Virus record (IMG/VR): IMGVR_UViG_3300037245_000940
Span: 1-57,686 of that record
From: a virus
Taxonomy: Duplodnaviria; Caudoviricetes
Length of the DNA stretch: 57,686 nt
Direction: 5' to 3' (one strand)
Each line of letters starts with the position of its first letter. Positions within the stretch are counted from its first letter, which is position 1. The notes beneath the pieces were generated by a model, which was given only the letters and a program-made list of their open reading frames with translations, was not told where the DNA came from and did not search any database. Both the position numbers and the translations under genes were made by a program. This document shows positions 54,074-57,686 of this stretch, piece after piece.

Positions 54074-55690
54074 ATGTCTGATGATATTAATGATATCGTT
54101 GAAGTTCAAATAACATTAAGTGGAAGTGGCGTCAGTCAGGCTGGTTTTGGTACTATGCTTGAAGTTGGTATTACTAACTCAATTGATGACTTACTTAGTT
54201 TTTATTCTAGTCCTACTGGAATGTTAGATGCAGGTTTTACTACAGACGAACCATTGTATAAATCTGCTGTTAAGTATTTCTTACAGAAACCTAAACCTAA
54301 TCTAATTGCAGTTGGTAATATTCAGTTAAACACTGTTGCATTCTTTATCGATAGTGTATTAGCAAATGAGACTTACACTGCTACAGTAGACGGTGTTGAC
54401 TTTGAATACGAATCAATCTATGCAAGTTTATCTGAAATAGTTATTGGATTGTCTACAGAGATAGATAACGCTACAGGGTATAGCTCTGTTTATGATGTAG
54501 CCAACGGTATCATCTTGGTCATCAAGGACGGTTCTGCTAGCTATGTAACTTTGCAGCTTGATTCTAAAATGTCAGCTTCAAGTTTCTTTAGCAGGGTTTC
54601 AGTAGATGCTTCTGTAGCTGGTCTTTATTCTTTGGATATTAACAGTGAAACATTCGAATATTTAAACGTAGCAAGTACAGTTGATGAGATAGCCACTGCA
54701 TTATCTGATGACATTAATACAAGTACTACTGATATATTTGTTTCGTTTACAGTAGACAGCGTTATCGTTATAGTTGGACTTCCATCTACTTCTTATTTTG
54801 AAGTATCAACAGACTCTGATGATATGACGATTGCAGAATTGTATGATAATACAGAAATCATTACAGGACTATTAGAAGAGTCTGACGCTTGGTACGGGTT
54901 TATGAGTACATTGAAAGACATAGACCAAGTAGAAACATGGGCAGCATGGGCAGAAGTTAATGACACTAGGTTACTTGGTTATAGATCAAGTGATACTGAT
55001 ATCATTAATACACTTCCTGCTAATGATACATCTACTGTTCCTGCAATATTAAAGACACTAGGATATAGCAATGTATTCGGTATTTATCATAGCATAGATG
55101 ATGGCGGCGCTGATGACGAATATATAACTGCTGCATTGTTCGGAGCAAGATTAACGTTTGATCTTGATAACAACACTCATCCTAATTGGATGTTTGCACA
55201 GTTAATCGGAATTACACCGGATAAGCTTACTACACAACAAAGGCTTAATGCCTGCGGCTCTAAGGAAGCGCCTACTAGTGGTAAAAATATTAACGTGTTT
55301 ACTAGAACAAAAGGTGCAAACTTCATTAAACGAGGTATGTGTGCAAGTGGTGTATATATTGATACTACAGTTGGTAAGCATTGGTTTGTAGCACGATTGC
55401 AAGAAGAAGATTTATCATTAGATTTAGCTAACCCTGGTATTCCGTTTGATGATGGCGGGTTATTGCAACATGCTAATGTCCTTAAAGCTAGAATTTTAAA
55501 ATCAATGGATGTACAGTTTGCTACTAAGGATTATGTAACCTACGGTGAAAAAGGTTATTTCTTAGAATATGGCAAACGAGAAGATTACAGTGCTGCGCAA
55601 ATAACAAACAGGCTAGCTAATAAGTATGACTTCGAATTTGCCTTAGCAGGTAAAATTAACGGTACAGTCTTCAAGGGTACAGCAGTATAA
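54074..55690 (+). CDS. Tail sheath protein (DUF3383-like) with two inserted domains
   Basis: I..IV.V.I, AGF....P.Y..A..YF.Q.P.P, WYGF, G.YID...G..W..ARLQE, IPFDD.G, LAG.I. Confidence 0.9.
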   Translation: MSDDINDIVEVQITLSGSGVSQAGFGTMLEVGITNSIDDLLSFYSSPTGMLDAGFTTDEPLYKSAVKYFLQKPKPNLIAVGNIQLNTVAFFIDSVLANETYTATVDGVDFEYESIYASLSEIVIGLSTEIDNATGYSSVYDVANGIILVIKDGSASYVTLQLDSKMSASSFFSRVSVDASVAGLYSLDINSETFEYLNVASTVDEIATALSDDINTSTTDIFVSFTVDSVIVIVGLPSTSYFEVSTDSDDMTIAELYDNTEIITGLLEESDAWYGFMSTLKDIDQVETWAAWAEVNDTRLLGYRSSDTDIINTLPANDTSTVPAILKTLGYSNVFGIYHSIDDGGADDEYITAALFGARLTFDLDNNTHPNWMFAQLIGITPDKLTTQQRLNACGSKEAPTSGKNINVFTRTKGANFIKRGMCASGVYIDTTVGKHWFVARLQEEDLSLDLANPGIPFDDGGLLQHANVLKARILKSMDVQFATKDYVTYGEKGYFLEYGKREDYSAAQITNRLANKYDFEFALAGKINGTVFKGTAV

Positions 55691-55705
55691 TAAGGAGCAA
55701 TTAAG

Positions 55706-56137
55706 ATGCCTACGTTTGCAATGTCAAAACTGATAACAACTATCGGACCATTAACACTTAAAGGTGAGGCTCCTGGTGATGGCGTTATAGCTATCGCACG
55801 TAATCAGGATATATGGAACTATGCTAAGGGATCAACAGGCGAAGATTCTAGATCAGAGATAGGTGATAAGTCTGGTACTGCTTTTCTTAAGCTATTACGT
55901 GCATCGAGGTTTAATGCTGAATTATCTGCTTTAATATTGGCTGATGAAACAACTAAGATAGGCATTTTTCCGTTTTTCATAGAAGACTTATTAGGTTTTG
56001 ATAAACATGGCGGTATAGATTGCTCTTTCAAAGGGTACCCCAAAGATGGTGCTTATGGTGAAGGTGCAGACAATCAGTTAACGTATGAAATATATATACC
56101 TAACTACGATTTATTCTTCGGGGGTAATAGCTCCTAA
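55706..56137 (+). CDS. Tail tube protein (DUF3277-like)
   Basis: 143 aa after sheath; G..GE......DKSG....L...S..N..LS motif. Confidence 0.8.
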   Translation: MPTFAMSKLITTIGPLTLKGEAPGDGVIAIARNQDIWNYAKGSTGEDSRSEIGDKSGTAFLKLLRASRFNAELSALILADETTKIGIFPFFIEDLLGFDKHGGIDCSFKGYPKDGAYGEGADNQLTYEIYIPNYDLFFGGNSS

Positions 56138-56592
56138 TGAGAAAAGAAAAGAAGAAAGGCTTCACAATTGGACAGACTACTTTTGAAGTTACTATCACTG
56201 ATATGGGCGCAGAAGATGCGCTTATAACAGGGCAACCTATATTAGAAATAATAGGCGATAATTTCCACAAGATAATGGAAAAAGAAGAAGTAGTAGCTAT
56301 TGCAGAAATGTTAGCTGAATTAGCTAAGAAGATGGTATTAGTTAAGCTGTACAAAGAGTTATTACAAAACAGTCTTTGCGTGGTTGACGGTAAAACAATT
56401 ATATTTGATGATACTGACAAGAGCGGTGATTATCATTTTAATAACTTTTTTAGTGGTTTAAAACTTGAGCTATTATCAGGGATAGCTGTTTTTATTGTTA
56501 AGGAGAACTTTATCCCTTTTTTCGTAGGTCTAAAGAATCAGATAGTAAGCCAGATTCCGAAAAAAGACGAGGAATCTGGGCAGCAGAAATAA
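56137..56592 (+). CDS. Tail assembly chaperone (G-type)
   Basis: Between tube and tape measure; ENFIPFF ending containing a slippery site. Confidence 0.8.
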   Translation: MRKEKKKGFTIGQTTFEVTITDMGAEDALITGQPILEIIGDNFHKIMEKEEVVAIAEMLAELAKKMVLVKLYKELLQNSLCVVDGKTIIFDDTDKSGDYHFNNFFSGLKLELLSGIAVFIVKENFIPFFVGLKNQIVSQIPKKDEESGQQK

Positions 56593-56807
56593 CTGATACA
56601 TTCGAGCTAGCTAAACTTAACAATTCTTTAGACGTCAAAATTCCAGAAACATTAAAAGATAAATGGATAATTTGGTCCATATGGCTAACCGGCAAAGAAA
56701 CTTTATATGACCTTTGCAATAAGTGGACATTGACAGACTTAATAGACGCCAATGATGCCCTATTATTACAGTCTATAGCACAGGATAGAAGTCATGCCAA
56801 TAGTTAG
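56514..56807 (+). CDS. -1 frameshift extension of the tail chaperone (GT-type product)
   Basis: C CCT TTT / T TTT TTC at 56514-56523 in register; -1 frame open to TAG 56805-56807 without its own ATG (...TLYDLCNKWTLTDLIDANDAL...). Confidence 0.75.
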   Translation, partial: PFFRRSKESDSKPDSEKRRGIWAAEITDTFELAKLNNSLDVKIPETLKDKWIIWSIWLTGKETLYDLCNKWTLTDLIDANDALLLQSIAQDRSHANS

Positions 56808-57686
56808 AGAGTTAATAACAAAATGGGGATTCCAGGTTGAAACGAATAAAGTAAAAACGTTTCATAAAGCTATAACATCTGCAAAGAAAAGTGTAAAAGA
56901 AATCGGTAGAAACTTAGGTCCGATGGTTGCTGATATTAAAAAGTTCGGACTAGCATTAGCTGGTTTTGCTACTGCATTTTCTGCTGCTGTTATCTTACCA
57001 GGATTAAAATTAGAAGATTCGATCAAAGAAACCTTGACATTAGTAAACGTTTCAGGTAAAGAGTTTTTAGAATTAGAAGAGAAAATGATAAAGAAGGCTG
57101 TAGAGCTTTCTAACGCTACGGGTGTACAGGCTACAGAGATTAACAAAGGTTTCTATCAAGTCCTTTCAGCAGGCGCAGAAGCACTATCAGAAGACTTTAA
57201 TAAACTATCCGAAGTATCTATTAAACTAGCCAAAACGGTTGGATTACCAATCAACGATGCTATCGAGAAATTAGCAGATACAATAGGTGCATTTGGACTT
57301 GAATTAAAAGATGCTGAAATGGTTGCTGATAGGTTCTTTAGAATTTCACAATTAGCACAAACCTCTGTACCTCAAATAGCGCAGGCAATGAGAGAAGCAG
57401 CTGTAGTAGCTAACGATATGAATATATCGTTAGAAGATACATTATCTATATTAGCAGAGTTTGCAAAGGCTGGTGTTAAAGGTTCACAAGCTGGTACTGC
57501 ATTTAGACAAGTATTTGTTAAGCTGGGCAAACCTACCGATGAAGCACAAAAGTCATTAGATAAATATGGTATCAAACTGTTTGATGCTAATGGTGAAATG
57601 AAAAATGCAATAGATATTATTGATATATTAAGAAATAAAACTAAACAGTTGACCAATGAACAGAAAATCAGTTTCTCTAAAGTATT
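56794..57686 (+). CDS. Tail tape measure protein, N-terminal portion (3' partial; not in ORF track)
   Basis: MPIVRELITKWGFQV..., GFYQVLSAG; open to the window end and overlapping the window-start sequence. Confidence 0.9.
   Translation, partial: MPIVRELITKWGFQVETNKVKTFHKAITSAKKSVKEIGRNLGPMVADIKKFGLALAGFATAFSAAVILPGLKLEDSIKETLTLVNVSGKEFLELEEKMIKKAVELSNATGVQATEINKGFYQVLSAGAEALSEDFNKLSEVSIKLAKTVGLPINDAIEKLADTIGAFGLELKDAEMVADRFFRISQLAQTSVPQIAQAMREAAVVANDMNISLEDTLSILAEFAKAGVKGSQAGTAFRQVFVKLGKPTDEAQKSLDKYGIKLFDANGEMKNAIDIIDILRNKTKQLTNEQKISFSKV
57288..57686 (+). repeat. Terminal repeat copy B (112 bp identical to 1-112, then diverged)
   Basis: Direct comparison. Confidence 0.95.

Noticed and set aside
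796-57656. Numerous 60-150 aa ORFs antisense to or nested in long genes (e.g. 796-1050, 12328-12774, 22070-22474, 26756-27184, 45434-45796, 56862-57146, 57372-57656)
   Set aside because: Shadow frames of well-supported genes, with no RBS or recognisable motifs

Overview
The window is an essentially complete (about 57.3 kb if circularised), AT-rich, circularly permuted dsDNA bacteriophage genome with a contractile (myovirus-type) tail, opened inside the tape-measure gene. Order: tape measure C-terminal part, baseplate and tail fibre (1-9.0 kb); a five-gene sugar-modification cluster (GT4-GT2-methyltransferase fusion, two hexapeptide-repeat acyltransferases, PIG-L deacetylase, sulfotransferase; 9.3-14.3 kb); small promoter-driven cassettes, two tRNAs and several structured non-coding elements (14.3-17.9 kb); replication and nucleotide genes (SNF2 helicase, RepB-type primase, UvrD-like helicase, VRR-NUC, thymidylate-synthase-like protein, PD-(D/E)xK protein plus adenine methylase; 18-32.5 kb); small terminase, an accessory island with SpeD and DUF3326, and large terminase (32.7-40.1 kb); early cassettes, an origin-like region and a TOPRIM protein (40-45 kb); inverted MuF and portal genes; then protease, HK97-fold capsid, neck, sheath, tube, frameshifted chaperone and the tape measure N-terminus (47.7-57.7 kb). 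I recognise no DNA polymerase, integrase, endolysin, reverse transcriptase or CRISPR array. The best candidates for new biology are the glycan-building cluster together with a homologous domain inserted four times into three tail proteins (possible virion glyco-decoration system), a set of unannotated structured RNAs (tRNA-like, 6S-like, anti-SD sRNA), and the SpeD-DUF3326 pair. All family assignments are motif recognition by eye, not database results.
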